Notes: a model not told the origin generated them from the letters alone. Positions 1 through 9,275 are shown, counted from the first letter of the stretch. The stretch: DNA of 64,000 bases from Minisyncoccota bacterium (GCA_041659785.1 JBAZXO010000002.1:55479-119478); one strand, 5' to 3'. Translations and numbers: made by a program.

Positions 1-2506
1 TTAGTAATTTAAATATTTTTCCTATTCCACCCTCGTTATGTTCAAATTTAAGAGTTTCATTAGGTAAATTATTTACTGTGGGAACAGCTTCTGTCTCTAA
101 GGGAGCATGCATAGATTCTGCTATTTTTGCTCCGTGTGAAATATTCCCCCCAGGAACGCTAGAAGCCAAAACTTCATGTGCATCATGAAAGTGGTTCCAA
201 ATATTTGATATCGTTTCTGCCGCTTTTTCTACCGATAAAAGCAATGTTTCTACTGTTGTCGCTGCCACCACTGTTTTTCCAATTGTCTGTCCATAGCGAC
301 CATACATAGCAAGCTTGTCTACTGTACCGTATTGCGTGACGATACGATCATAGTCTTCCAAATTTTTTCTTTGTCCCAATAAAAGTGCTTCTATTTTTTT
401 TGTTTTTTCTTCCTGTGAAAGTTTCTCGTTTTCTTCTATTTTTTCTATTTTATTATTTAATCTAGCTATTGCATTTTCAAGGTCTGTTTTTATTATTCTT
501 TGCATAAGATCGTTTGCTGCTGAAGGATTTCTTACTATTCTTTCTTGTAAATCTTTAGGCATTTCCATTAAATATGCATTTTTAAGAGTTTCAGAAGAAA
601 CAGTATTACCATCTTCTTTATTTCCACCAACTTTTTTCAACGCTCTTTCATATATACGCATAGCTTCATCATATGCTTTTTCTACATCTTGGATTCTGGT
701 TTGCTCTATAACTTCTTCGTTTTTCAATCGTGCTTCTTTTCCAGCTTCAGCTAAGCGAGCGGTTGCCATGCCCCCCATCATTACATAACGTAGTGGTGAA
801 GCTAGAGATGCCCCTGTTAGATCTGTAATCATTCTTCCATATTTAACTATGTTCCCCCAACCAGAAAGTTTAGACATTAAATGGCGGGCTTTACCGCTTG
901 TAGCTTCTTTGGCTTTTTGTTCTGCAGTTTTTGCATCACGGGCAAAAGAATCTTTCATTTCTTTACAAAATCTTCCGAGGGCTCCTTTTTTATCTAATTT
1001 AGATAGTGGTTTATCAAAAGCACTAGCAAAAAAATCATTTTTTGCTTTTTCAATTCTAAGACCAATTACACCCAATCCCCAGCCGATTTTCTCTTTTTCA
1101 GCCTCTGGCATTTTTTTATATTCTGCCTCTACTTTTTGTTCTTCTGGAGTCATTGGTAGTGGTGGTGGTATGGGTTCTCCTTTTTCATTGTAATGTACTT
1201 CCCTTTCATCAGGAAACATTTTTGTAGTAAGTTTTCCTTCTGTATAAAGTTCCATTGTTCCATCTTTTAAACTTCGCAAGGTAAGTTCACCATTTGTGCG
1301 ATGTTCAATTGTTCCATCAGGAAGTGTTTCTGACGTTTTTAATTCTTTAGGTTCGATTGGCATCGGCTGTGTAATAGTAGAAGAATCGGCTAGATTTTCA
1401 GATTCAAGCATATTTTTTAAGATATTTTCTATATCTTTATTGTATTGTGTGTATACAGATATTTCTTCTGGAGATAGGGGTGCCCCAACCTTAAATTTTT
1501 TAGCAATTTCATTTAACACACCCTCTGAAGCTTTTCCTGTTTTAACAAATTCTTCCCAAGCATCTGGGGATAAAATAGGGGTAGTTTCTGGTAAGGGAGT
1601 TTCTGTTGCGTTAGGGACCGTTTTTACTTTTTCTTCTCTTGGTTTTTTGGTTGAAGATTTTTTCTTTGGGATTCTTGTTTCTGTTGTGTTGTCTTTAAAA
1701 AATTCTATTTCAGTTCCATCTGGAAGGGTTTTTTTCCATAGTTTTCCATCAAAATAATGCTCTGTACTTCCATCAACAGGATTAACATGATCTCCATCTT
1801 TTTTTTGTCCTTCAAAAAGTCCTTTCAAGGAAGATACTTCTGTCTCTGACACAGATGGTTCTGTAGACATTCTTTCTGTCAGTTCTGACGCTCCCATTAT
1901 TTGTGTTTCTTTTGATGCCTCTTCACTAGGAACTGTTTCAGTTTGTTCTGTATTCGAGGATCCTTTCCATCCTGCTGTAAGTGTATTCCAATCCCCTACG
2001 TGTTCAGCAGGCGCTCCAAAAACTTTTTCTATTGCCTCCTTTTTTTCTTTGTGTGCGTTCTTTTTAGAAGAACCTGGTTTTGTTTCAAGGACTTGCGTTG
2101 ATTGTGACCCTAAGGGTATTCGAGTTGTAGGCGTGTCAGATGGTTTGGGTGTATCTACAATGGTTCCATCTTGTAGTGTAGTTTTTCCTTTTAGGGGACC
2201 AAAATAGTGTTCTGTTCTTCCGTCATCAAAAAAGCTTTTTTTTAATATTCCAGTTCCACTGAAAGTGTCTTCCCTGTCTTTTTGGGGTACTATCATTTCT
2301 TTTAGCTTTTCGTTTTCATCAAAATATTCTGTTTTGTCAGGATATTTTCTTCGTAGTATTTTCCCTTTTTTATCATAATCCTCGACAATTTCTCCCGGAA
2401 ACACCTTTTTGATAAGTATTCCTTTTCCATCTCTGTATTCCTTGCTTCCATCAGGAAATTTTTTTATGGTTAACCCACCATCCAAAATGGTTTTTTCTTC
2501 TTGCAT
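1..2506 (-). CDS. Large hypothetical protein, 5' complete and 3' running off the window edge; N-terminal MORN/YwqK-like G-x-x-Y/F-x-DG repeats
   Basis: Own translation of the minus strand gives a continuous frame from ATG at 2506 (MQEEKTILDGG...FPDGSKEYRDGKG...YFGPLKGKTTLQDGT...) to position 1 with no stop. Pieces were checked at 877, 238 and 4. The ORF track omits edge-truncated ORFs. The plus ORFs 849..1193 and 1296..1757 are low-complexity antisense artefacts. Confidence 0.5.
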   Translation of the reverse strand, partial: MQEEKTILDGGLTIKKFPDGSKEYRDGKGILIKKVFPGEIVEDYDKKGKILRRKYPDKTEYFDENEKLKEMIVPQKDREDTFSGTGILKKSFFDDGRTEHYFGPLKGKTTLQDGTIVDTPKPSDTPTTRIPLGSQSTQVLETKPGSSKKNAHKEKKEAIEKVFGAPAEHVGDWNTLTAGWKGSSNTEQTETVPSEEASKETQIMGASELTERMSTEPSVSETEVSSLKGLFEGQKKDGDHVNPVDGSTEHYFDGKLWKKTLPDGTEIEFFKDNTTETRIPKKKSSTKKPREEKVKTVPNATETPLPETTPILSPDAWEEFVKTGKASEGVLNEIAKKFKVGAPLSPEEISVYTQYNKDIENILKNMLESENLADSSTITQPMPIEPKELKTSETLPDGTIEHRTNGELTLRSLKDGTMELYTEGKLTTKMFPDEREVHYNEKGEPIPPPLPMTPEEQKVEAEYKKMPEAEKEKIGWGLGVIGLRIEKAKNDFFASAFDKPLSKLDKKGALGRFCKEMKDSFARDAKTAEQKAKEATSGKARHLMSKLSGWGNIVKYGRMITDLTGASLASPLRYVMMGGMATARLAEAGKEARLKNEEVIEQTRIQDVEKAYDEAMRIYERALKKVGGNKEDGNTVSSETLKNAYLMEMPKDLQERIVRNPSAANDLMQRIIKTDLENAIARLNNKIEKIEENEKLSQEEKTKKIEALLLGQRKNLEDYDRIVTQYGTVDKLAMYGRYGQTIGKTVVAATTVETLLLSVEKAAETISNIWNHFHDAHEVLASSVPGGNISHGAKIAESMHAPLETEAVPTVNNLPNETLKFEHNEGGIGKIFKLL

Positions 2507-2551
2507 AGTATTTATATTATATAGTTTTTCATTTTTAAACCTAATTTTTTA

Positions 2552-2580
2552 TTGAAAAGTATCATAATTATGCTAAATAT
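2552..2580 (+). promoter_or_regulatory. Candidate sigma70-like promoter (TTGAAA-16/17-TAAATAT) for the long leader of the LysM/M23 gene
   Basis: Hexamers read directly; the spacing fits. Confidence 0.3.
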
Positions 2581-2587
2581 TGTATGT

Positions 2588-2816
2588 TTTGTCAATCTTA
2601 GGGTTTTCCACAGGAGGTACTGGTCAGATTGACTTTTGGCCATTTTTGAGCTATCTTGAAGGGGTAGTTCCGAAGAGAGGTATGGAGCAAATTGACCGAA
2701 AGATAGAGCCGACAGTAACCATCGTGAGAACCTTTTGTTTGCAGAACCTATTGGTCGTCCTGTGATTCTATCCTTACCTTAAAAGGCTAGAAAAGGAAAT
2801 CTCGCGACATTTAGTT
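2588..2816 (+). promoter_or_regulatory. Long GC-richer 5' leader, candidate cis-regulatory RNA/riboswitch upstream of a cell-wall hydrolase gene
   Basis: About 230 nt that are locally GC-rich and non-coding (only a 61-aa junk ORF). It sits between divergent genes. ydaO-type leaders commonly precede LysM/M23 hydrolases, but no class motif could be verified by eye. Confidence 0.2.
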
Positions 2817-2870
2817 TGTTTTATAAAACCTCAAAATAAAATTTTAAGATCTTCTCTCGCATTTTCCCTG

Positions 2871-3977
2871 TTGTTTGGGACTCTTTTAGTACCTACTCGG
2901 GCAGTAGAGGCAAGCCTATTCTCTTCCATCTCCTCTATGTTCGTCGGGGATCCAGCTTATGCAGAAACGAGCCCTAATACAGTAAGTTTACCTCAAATTG
3001 GTAGCAACTCTCAAAACATTGCCCTTCTTCAGGCCAATGTTTCTTCTGTTTCAATTTTAGATGATAAAAAAAGTAATACCAACGCTAATGCAAGTGATAA
3101 TAATATTGTTTCTGGTAATTCCCTTCTCCCAGCAACTGGACCATTGGGTACGTCTGACGGTAAAAACACAGACAATCTTTCCCCAGAGGACACCAGTGTC
3201 TATGTTGTCAGAAAAGGAGATACAGTGGCGGGCATAGCAAAACTTTTTGATGTTTCCGCAAGCACTATTTTATCAGCCAATGATTTAAAGAAAGGGGCGA
3301 AGCTTACAGAAGGCGACGTCCTTTTAATTTTACCTGTTTCTGGTACTGAACATACAGTCAAAAAAGGTCAAACACTAAAAGGCCTCGCTAGTCTTTATAA
3401 AGTAGATATTTCAGATATTGCTCAATTTAACGGCTTAGATGAAGATTCCAAGCTTGCTATCGGAGACAAGATTATGATTCCAGGGGGAGAAATGCTTGAC
3501 GAAGGAGGTGATAAGCCTGCAGCAAACTTGGGTTCAGCCGTAGCAAAAGATAAAAATTATTACGATATTCACCCAATACAAAATCTTCTTGGATATTTTA
3601 TAGATCCTGTTCCTACTGGCCACAAGACTCAAGGTCTCCATGGTCCAGGACATCGCGGAATAGATATCGGTGCGCCAACTGGTACACCTATTTATGCTTC
3701 TGCTTCCGGAGTTGTATTAGCTGTAAAAACTGGTTGTGTTGTGGGTAGAAAAAGCTGTGGTGGCGGTTATGGAAACATGGCTATCGTTCAACATCCTAAT
3801 GGAACAAAAACTCTTTATGGTCATATGTATAAATTAAATACCAGTACTGGTGCAGAAGTAACTCAAGGCCAACTCATAGGTTTCGTAGGTTCTACTGGCC
3901 GCTCCACTGGTCCTCATGTTCACTTCGAAGTCTTTGGTGCTAAAAATCCCGGATCTGATTGGAGCTGGGCAAATTAA
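2871..3977 (+). CDS. Secreted LysM-LysM-peptidase M23 (cell wall endopeptidase); the start may be TTG at 2817, which adds a signal peptide
   Basis: Two LysM motifs (YVVRKGDTVAGIAKLF..., HTVKKGQTLKGLASLY...). C-terminal M23 signature HRGIDIGAPTGTPIYA...GYGNMAIVQH...GSTGRSTGPHVHFEV. Confidence 0.85.
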   Translation: MFGTLLVPTRAVEASLFSSISSMFVGDPAYAETSPNTVSLPQIGSNSQNIALLQANVSSVSILDDKKSNTNANASDNNIVSGNSLLPATGPLGTSDGKNTDNLSPEDTSVYVVRKGDTVAGIAKLFDVSASTILSANDLKKGAKLTEGDVLLILPVSGTEHTVKKGQTLKGLASLYKVDISDIAQFNGLDEDSKLAIGDKIMIPGGEMLDEGGDKPAANLGSAVAKDKNYYDIHPIQNLLGYFIDPVPTGHKTQGLHGPGHRGIDIGAPTGTPIYASASGVVLAVKTGCVVGRKSCGGGYGNMAIVQHPNGTKTLYGHMYKLNTSTGAEVTQGQLIGFVGSTGRSTGPHVHFEVFGAKNPGSDWSWAN

Positions 3978-3980
3978 AAT

Positions 3981-4026
3981 TTACAAACTAAAAACTCCGC
4001 TTGAGGCGGAATTTTTAGTTTGTAAA
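3981..4026. terminator. Bidirectional hairpin terminator between convergent genes
   Basis: ttacaaactaaaaactccgc-ttga-ggcggaatttttagtttgtaa, a near-perfect ~20-bp stem with a T/A run on both sides. Confidence 0.6.
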
Positions 4027-4030
4027 ATAT

Positions 4031-4762
4031 TTAAATCCCAGCGAGTTTGATTGCTCCGAACAAGACAGCGACACCGAGGACGGTGGCGAAGGTAGTCCAC
4101 ATTGTTGGATGATTGTGATGGCTTTCTGGAAGAAGATCTGAGGCTCCAATATATAAGAAAAACCCTGTAAATACAGCTAGAATTATACCTAAAGTAGCTT
4201 CAGAAACTGAGAAAAACAAAGTAGAAGTTATGCCGAGTACTGGAGCGATAGCATCAACTAAGAGCCATTTGAAAGCTTGTTTCTGCGTGCCGGAATTTTT
4301 TAAAACCATATTCACAGTATTTATTCCATCAGAAAAATCATGCACAAGTACGGCTATGGCAACAATGATTCCAATAGCTGGGGAAACTTTAAACGCGAGA
4401 CCTATAGCTGTACCATCGATGAAGCTATGCATAGACAAACTTCCTGCTCCTAGTACTCCCCTATTATTTAAATCATGTTGTTCATTTTCGTGTTCATGGG
4501 TACCATGCGAATGAAAAAAAACAAATCTATCCAAGATCATATATACGATGAAACCGAGAGCTACGATAGAAGTTATGAAGACAGCATCATAATTATTTTT
4601 ACCTAAATTTAATGCTTCTGGAAGTAAATCAAAAAAAGCTACACCGATTACAGCACCAGCTGAAAAGCCCAAAATTAAGTGTAGTTTATCTTTAAAACGT
4701 AAAGCGAACATTCCACCCAAGAAAGTGGATATCAACGTCATTATGCTTATCCAAATTATCAT
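4031..4762 (-). CDS. zupT: ZIP-family zinc/metal transporter (ZupT-like)
   Basis: Multi-TM protein with an HEHENEQH His-rich loop and the HDFSDG...ESHHN ZIP motifs. Confidence 0.8.
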   Translation of the reverse strand: MIIWISIMTLISTFLGGMFALRFKDKLHLILGFSAGAVIGVAFFDLLPEALNLGKNNYDAVFITSIVALGFIVYMILDRFVFFHSHGTHEHENEQHDLNNRGVLGAGSLSMHSFIDGTAIGLAFKVSPAIGIIVAIAVLVHDFSDGINTVNMVLKNSGTQKQAFKWLLVDAIAPVLGITSTLFFSVSEATLGIILAVFTGFFLYIGASDLLPESHHNHPTMWTTFATVLGVAVLFGAIKLAGI

Positions 4763-4763
4763 G

Positions 4764-4834
4764 TGCGGGATGGGAGAATCGAACTCCCAACCTCAGTTTG
4801 GAAAACTGACGTTTTACCATTAAACTAATCCCGC
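4764..4834 (-). tRNA. tRNA-Gly (anticodon TCC), no encoded CCA
   Basis: Folded by hand: acceptor GCGGGAT/ATCCCGC, anticodon stem TCAGT/ACTGA with loop TTTCCAA, T-loop GGGAGTTCGATTCTCCC. Confidence 0.85.
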
Positions 4835-4838
4835 AATG

Positions 4839-4909
4839 TCGGGCCGCTGGGAATTGAACCCAGTCTAAATGCTCCCAAAGCACTTGTACTACCGGTATAC
4901 TACGGCCCG
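4839..4909 (-). tRNA. tRNA-Pro (anticodon TGG), C1-G72 start, 3-bp D-stem, no encoded CCA
   Basis: Acceptor CGGGCCG/CGGCCCG, anticodon loop TTTGGGA, T-arm CTGGGTTCAATTCCCAG. It lies 4 nt from tRNA-Gly. Confidence 0.75.
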
Positions 4910-4965
4910 CCTTCGCTAAAGCTTCGGCGGGCAAGCCCGCTTCAACTTAAAGCTAACACAGCATA

Positions 4966-5394
4966 TCATAAAATAATATCACTTACCACTTTTATTTTTG
5001 CTTTTTTGTTTTTTATATCAATAAAGACTACCAATAAATCCACTTGCCATTCTTTTTCATCTGGGACTTTTTCAGACAAAAGATAGGTTTGAATTGTCCG
5101 TGACAGACGTTTAAGCTTCCAGGGATGCATGTTGTCTTCAGGTCTATGTTGGTATCGCTCATCAGAATCATTATAAGATTTCGGTATAAAAGTATTTAAT
5201 GTTTCACGCGAAACACTTTTTACTTCTACAAAGTATATTTTATTAGCTTTTTCGGCGACTATATCTATTTCACCCCATTTCTTGGTGTAATTTCGATCTA
5301 ATACTGAAAAACCATGTTTCACAAGGAACTTTACAGCTATATTTTCTCCAATTTCTCCTATTTTTTGTGTGTTTGATGTAAAAACCTTAGGCAT
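4966..5394 (-). CDS. yraN: YraN-family (UPF0102) endonuclease
   Basis: GEIGENIAVKFLVKHGFSVLDRNYTKKWGEIDIVA is the typical YraN N-terminus. Confidence 0.75.
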   Translation of the reverse strand: MPKVFTSNTQKIGEIGENIAVKFLVKHGFSVLDRNYTKKWGEIDIVAEKANKIYFVEVKSVSRETLNTFIPKSYNDSDERYQHRPEDNMHPWKLKRLSRTIQTYLLSEKVPDEKEWQVDLLVVFIDIKNKKAKIKVVSDIIL

Positions 5395-5620
5395 ATAATA
5401 AGTTTCACATGGAACATAGTCTAATTGTGTTTCACGTGAAACGTTTAGCTAAATTTTTGTGTCTTTTATAAAAATATCCTTATTTTATAAGGTTTTATTG
5501 ACAAAAATAGACTTAAAAGACAACTTTTTTTACTGTCCTTTATAAACAGTACCCACATAGTTATCCACATATTTCAATAAAATCCTTGTGTTGCAAAGCT
5601 TTACTAAAGGACAGATTTTG

Positions 5621-5691
5621 TGCGGCTAGGGAGAATCGAACTCCCGTCTCATCCTTGGCAAGGACGTGTTCTACCACTAAACCATAACCGC
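5621..5691 (-). tRNA. tRNA-Gly (anticodon GCC)
   Basis: Acceptor GCGGTTA/TAGCCGC, anticodon stem CGTCC/GGATG with loop TTGCCAA, T-loop GGGAGTTCGATTCTCCC. The 71-aa ORF 5561..5776 overlying it is spurious. Confidence 0.85.
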
Positions 5692-5852
5692 AATAGTATT
5701 TTATAATTTTTTTCGTTTTTAAATTAAAAAATACTATATGATTATAGTATTTTATTGAAACTAATGCAATTGCCATATTAGCTTATAAAATAAGCATTAT
5801 TTGCCAATATTCCAATAATAGTGTAAAATATTGATATTATTAAATTAATTAT

Positions 5853-5924
5853 GCACCCGTAGTGAAATGGATATCACAACAGTCTTCGGAACTGTCGTTG
5901 GGGGTTCGAATCCCTCCGGGTGCA
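5853..5924 (+). tRNA. tRNA-Arg (anticodon TCG)
   Basis: Acceptor GCACCCG/CGGGTGC, D-stem GTGA/TCAC, anticodon stem ACAGT/ACTGT with loop CTTCGGA, T-loop GGGGGTTCGAATCCCTC. Confidence 0.85.
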
Positions 5925-5931
5925 CAAAGTC

Positions 5932-7659
5932 GTGGAACAAAACACTAAAAATTTAATAGCAAAAATACCCAAAGAGGTTTCACATGTAACAGATACATTA
6001 GAAAAGTACGGCTTTGAAGTGTACCTTGTTGGTGGATGTGTCCGTGATCTTTTAATGGGCAAAGAGCCAAAAGACTGGGACATTACAACTAACGCTAAAC
6101 CAGAACAAATTATTCCTCTTTTTAAAAAAACTGTTTATGAAAATACTTTTGGAACGGTAGGTGTGGTTCTCCCCTTTAATAAGGGGGAGTGGCCAAAGGT
6201 CGAGGGGGTGGTTTCACATGTAACAGACCCCTCCTCAATCCTCCCCTTAGCAGGGGAGGAAAATATGATTATTGAGGTTACGCCATACAGAATTGAGGCA
6301 AAATATAGTGATTTTAGGCATCCTGACGAGGTAAAATTCAGTGATAAGCTAGAAGATGACCTTAAAAGGCGTGATTTTACAGTTAACGCCCTGGCCTTAA
6401 GTCCCTCCAATTCGGCGGGCAAGCCTAAAGGACAACTGGTGGATTTGTTTGATGGTATAAAGGACATTAAAGACAAGACGTTAAAAGCAGTAGGGAACCC
6501 AGATGACCGTTTTGCAGAAGATGCGCTTCGAATGTTGCGTGCTGTCCGTTTCTCTTGCCAATTAAATTTTTCTGTGTCGTATGAAACTACAGAAAGTATT
6601 TTAAAAAATTCAGAGTTAATAAAAAAAATATCTGAAGAAAGAATTCGTGATGAGTTTGTAAAAATAATTATGTCAGAAAATCCTGCGAGCGGAATTGTGA
6701 TGTTACAAAAATTTAATTTGTTAAAAAATATTATTCCTGAATTAGAAGAGGGTATTGGTTGTGAACAATTAGGTGAACATATTTATGATGTGTGGGATCA
6801 TTTACTTCATGCACTCTCACATGCCGCAGACAAGAATTGGCCTTTAGAAATAAGGCTCGCAGCACTGTTCCATGATATCGGAAAGCCGAGGGCAAGAAGG
6901 TTAGCCGTACCTGATGCTTTTGCTCGGGATATCCTGGCAGGCCAACGTCACCACTCACAAAAGTATACAGGTTCGGCTAACCAAGAAGATTTCTCTGAGG
7001 CTTTTTCGAATGGTGACGTTGCGAAGCAGGACATTCCTGAGAAAAAGAACTCAGAGAAATCTTCAAAGAAAAAATATACTTTTTACGGTCATGAAGTTAT
7101 CGGCGCAAGGATGGCGAAAAAAATAATGGAGAGATTAAAATTTCCTAAAAAAGAAATTGATCTTGTGGAAAAACTCGTACGCAACCATATGTTTTTCTCA
7201 GACACTGAATTGATTACACTTTCTGCTGTTCGAAGAATTGTTGTGAAAGTTGGTAAAGAAAATATTTGGCCACTTATGAATGTCCGTGAGTGTGATAGAG
7301 TGGGGATGAATAAAAAAGAAGCACCCTATCGGCTTCGAAAATACTTCGCGATGATAGAAGAAGCTCTTCGTGACCCTATTTCTGTAGGACAACTAAAGAT
7401 TAATGGAGAATATATGATAAAAGAGCTTGGGATTACTCCTGGACCCAGAATGGGATGGATTTTAAATGCTTTATTGGAAGAAGTTTTAGACGCGCCAGAG
7501 AAGAATACCGTAAGTCATTTATCTGGATTGGTAAAATCATTAAATATGCTTGGTGATGCTGAGCTTAAAGTCCTCGGTTTGCGAGGAAAAGAAAAGAAAG
7601 AAGAGCTTGAAGAAGAAGAAGTCGCGAAACTTCACGAAAAGCATGGAGTGAGAAAGTAA
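5932..7659 (+). CDS. cca: CCA-adding enzyme / poly(A) polymerase family nucleotidyltransferase with HD domain; likely GTG start at 5932, just after tRNA-Arg
   Basis: YLVGGCVRDLLMGKEPKDWDITT head motif and an HD-domain region (LFHDIGKP). The track start at 5920 overlaps the tRNA 3' end. Confidence 0.8.
   Translation: MEQNTKNLIAKIPKEVSHVTDTLEKYGFEVYLVGGCVRDLLMGKEPKDWDITTNAKPEQIIPLFKKTVYENTFGTVGVVLPFNKGEWPKVEGVVSHVTDPSSILPLAGEENMIIEVTPYRIEAKYSDFRHPDEVKFSDKLEDDLKRRDFTVNALALSPSNSAGKPKGQLVDLFDGIKDIKDKTLKAVGNPDDRFAEDALRMLRAVRFSCQLNFSVSYETTESILKNSELIKKISEERIRDEFVKIIMSENPASGIVMLQKFNLLKNIIPELEEGIGCEQLGEHIYDVWDHLLHALSHAADKNWPLEIRLAALFHDIGKPRARRLAVPDAFARDILAGQRHHSQKYTGSANQEDFSEAFSNGDVAKQDIPEKKNSEKSSKKKYTFYGHEVIGARMAKKIMERLKFPKKEIDLVEKLVRNHMFFSDTELITLSAVRRIVVKVGKENIWPLMNVRECDRVGMNKKEAPYRLRKYFAMIEEALRDPISVGQLKINGEYMIKELGITPGPRMGWILNALLEEVLDAPEKNTVSHLSGLVKSLNMLGDAELKVLGLRGKEKKEELEEEEVAKLHEKHGVRK
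6168..6263. repeat. GC-rich composite palindromic insertion inside cca, read in-frame; contains an 18-nt direct repeat of 5976..5993
   Basis: ctcccctttaataagggggag hairpin, then tggccaaaggtcgagggggtgg, then ggtttcacatgtaacaga (identical to 5976..5993), then cctcccc-ttagca-ggggagg hairpin. Related to the family-B elements at 30945 and 58931. Confidence 0.45.
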
Positions 7660-7751
7660 AAAACAAATCTAGCAAAATTTTATCAGGTCCTCGGTTCTCT
7701 GGGTCCCTGTCCCAGCCAGACCATGCTAAAATTTTCTAGATTTGTTTTTTT
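7658..7751. repeat. MITE-like palindromic element, family A (core caggtcctcgg...ccagcc; TIRs aaaaacaaatctagcaaaatttt / aaaattttctagatttgttttttt). Probably also the cca/TMEM175 terminator
   Basis: The inverted termini and GC core were read directly. Homologous copies lie at 29772 (inside comM) and 57507, with a fragment at 40395. Confidence 0.5.
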
Positions 7752-7759
7752 ATATCTTT

Positions 7760-8422
7760 TTAATCTGCGAAGTGGCCTTTTTTGTCTTCGCCGAAAAACA
7801 TATGATGAAGTGTTTTTAGAAAATTTTCGAAAAGTTTTGTGCTATAAGAGGAAAGGTTGAAAATCACAGCTAATGTAAACAAAACCAAGGAAAGTTTTAT
7901 ATTATAAAAAGAAAGGGGAATAGCAATAAGAGCAAAAACAACAGGAACTAATGTGCGTATGGTGCTGCCACGGATTTCTCTTTTTGTTATTTCTGGATTT
8001 TTTATATGTTCAGAAAAAAGCACGTATCTTCTCATCCAATACAGAGTAAGCCCTATCAACATGATGTGAATAGCGAAAAGTATTATAGATAATTCATTGC
8101 TGCTGAAACTTCCAAGGACGCTCGCTGAAAAAGGAACTAAGCTTATAAGCATAAAAAATAAAGCATTTATATTTGTGAGCCTAGAGTCTATATTTTTTGC
8201 ATAAATAGAGACAAAAAAATGGTGCGCTCTCCAATAAGTGAAAAGTAATGAAAAACTCAAAACATAACTGAGCATTAATGGTAATAATTTTTTGATCTCA
8301 AGCCAGAGGCCGTAGTTGTCTATTGGTCCCCAAATGGTGGGTAATTTAATTTGAAAAACTAACACCGTCATCACTATCGCAAAAATTCCATCGGATAATT
8401 GTTCTAATCTATTGTGGCTCAT
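7760..8422 (-). CDS. TMEM175/DUF1211-family membrane protein (putative K+ channel)
   Basis: NRLEQLSDGIFAIVMTVLV matches the R-x-x-x-FSDGVFAI signature. Multi-TM. Confidence 0.65.
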   Translation of the reverse strand: MSHNRLEQLSDGIFAIVMTVLVFQIKLPTIWGPIDNYGLWLEIKKLLPLMLSYVLSFSLLFTYWRAHHFFVSIYAKNIDSRLTNINALFFMLISLVPFSASVLGSFSSNELSIILFAIHIMLIGLTLYWMRRYVLFSEHIKNPEITKREIRGSTIRTLVPVVFALIAIPLSFYNIKLSLVLFTLAVIFNLSSYSTKLFENFLKTLHHMFFGEDKKGHFAD

Positions 8423-8450
8423 AAAAATATTATAGCATAATTTTTATTGA

Positions 8451-9218
8451 CTATATCTCTAGCCATATGGGGCAATGATCTGAGCCGTAATAGTCAGAGA
8501 GCATTCCAGCACTTTTCACTTTTGGAATAATCTTTGAATCAGCAAAAAAATAATCAATTCTCCAGCCAACGTTTCTGTCTCGAGCTCGTGTTTTTATATC
8601 CCAATATGTATAAACATCTTTTTTATTTGGATTAAGATTCCTCCACACATCTATAAAATTATTTTTAACAACTTTATCTAGCCAGGCACGCTCTATGGGC
8701 AAAAAGCCTGTATTTTCTTCATTTGCTTTTGGACGAGCTAGGTCTATGGGGGTGTGGGCCGTGTTTACATCACCACAAAAAATTACTTTTTCACCATTTT
8801 TGCGAAGTTTTAAGATAAATTTTAAAAATGCCTCATAAAATTCTAGTTTATATTTCAATCTGTCGGGACCTTGGCCACCATTTGGATAGTAGCCGTTTAT
8901 AAGTGTAAAGTTTTTAAATTTAGCACCTATCAGTCTGCCTTCATCGTCGAGTTTTTTTATACCCATTCCATAAAAAACTTCTTTTGGTTTTTCTTTTGTG
9001 TAAATAGCGACTCCGCTATAACCTTTTTTAACTTTTGGATGTGAAAAAAATGAATAATAGCCTTTTACATTGCGTACATCTTCGGGAAGTTGATCTGGTT
9101 CGACTTTTGTTTCTTGTAAACATAAAATATCAGGTTTTTCATCTCTGAAAAGGGGAGCAAAAAAGCCTTGTTTCGCTGTCGCCCTTAAACCATTTGTGTT
9201 CCAACTTATAATTTTCAT
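8451..9218 (-). CDS. xth: Exodeoxyribonuclease III (AP endonuclease)
   Basis: MKIISWNTNGLRA...LCLQETKV...GSDHCPIWLEI. The likely ATG is at 9218; the track uses an upstream GTG at 9236. Confidence 0.9.
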   Translation of the reverse strand: MKIISWNTNGLRATAKQGFFAPLFRDEKPDILCLQETKVEPDQLPEDVRNVKGYYSFFSHPKVKKGYSGVAIYTKEKPKEVFYGMGIKKLDDEGRLIGAKFKNFTLINGYYPNGGQGPDRLKYKLEFYEAFLKFILKLRKNGEKVIFCGDVNTAHTPIDLARPKANEENTGFLPIERAWLDKVVKNNFIDVWRNLNPNKKDVYTYWDIKTRARDRNVGWRIDYFFADSKIIPKVKSAGMLSDYYGSDHCPIWLEI

Positions 9219-9275
9219 GATAATTAATAATAACACGATTTACGAAGGTCTGTCCTTCGTAAATCTTTATTTTTA

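Noticed and set aside
849-1757. Plus-strand ORFs 849..1193 and 1296..1757
   Set aside because: Low-complexity translations antisense to a continuous minus-strand ORF.
4230-4514. 94-aa plus ORF
   Set aside because: Antisense inside the ZIP transporter gene.
5561-5776. 71-aa minus ORF
   Set aside because: Overlaps tRNA-Gly(GCC); AT-rich junk.
7658-7751. SRP RNA or another stable RNA gene
   Set aside because: The hairpin-rich GC segment recurs at 29772 and 57507 with the same core, and it lacks SRP, RNase P or tmRNA signature motifs.
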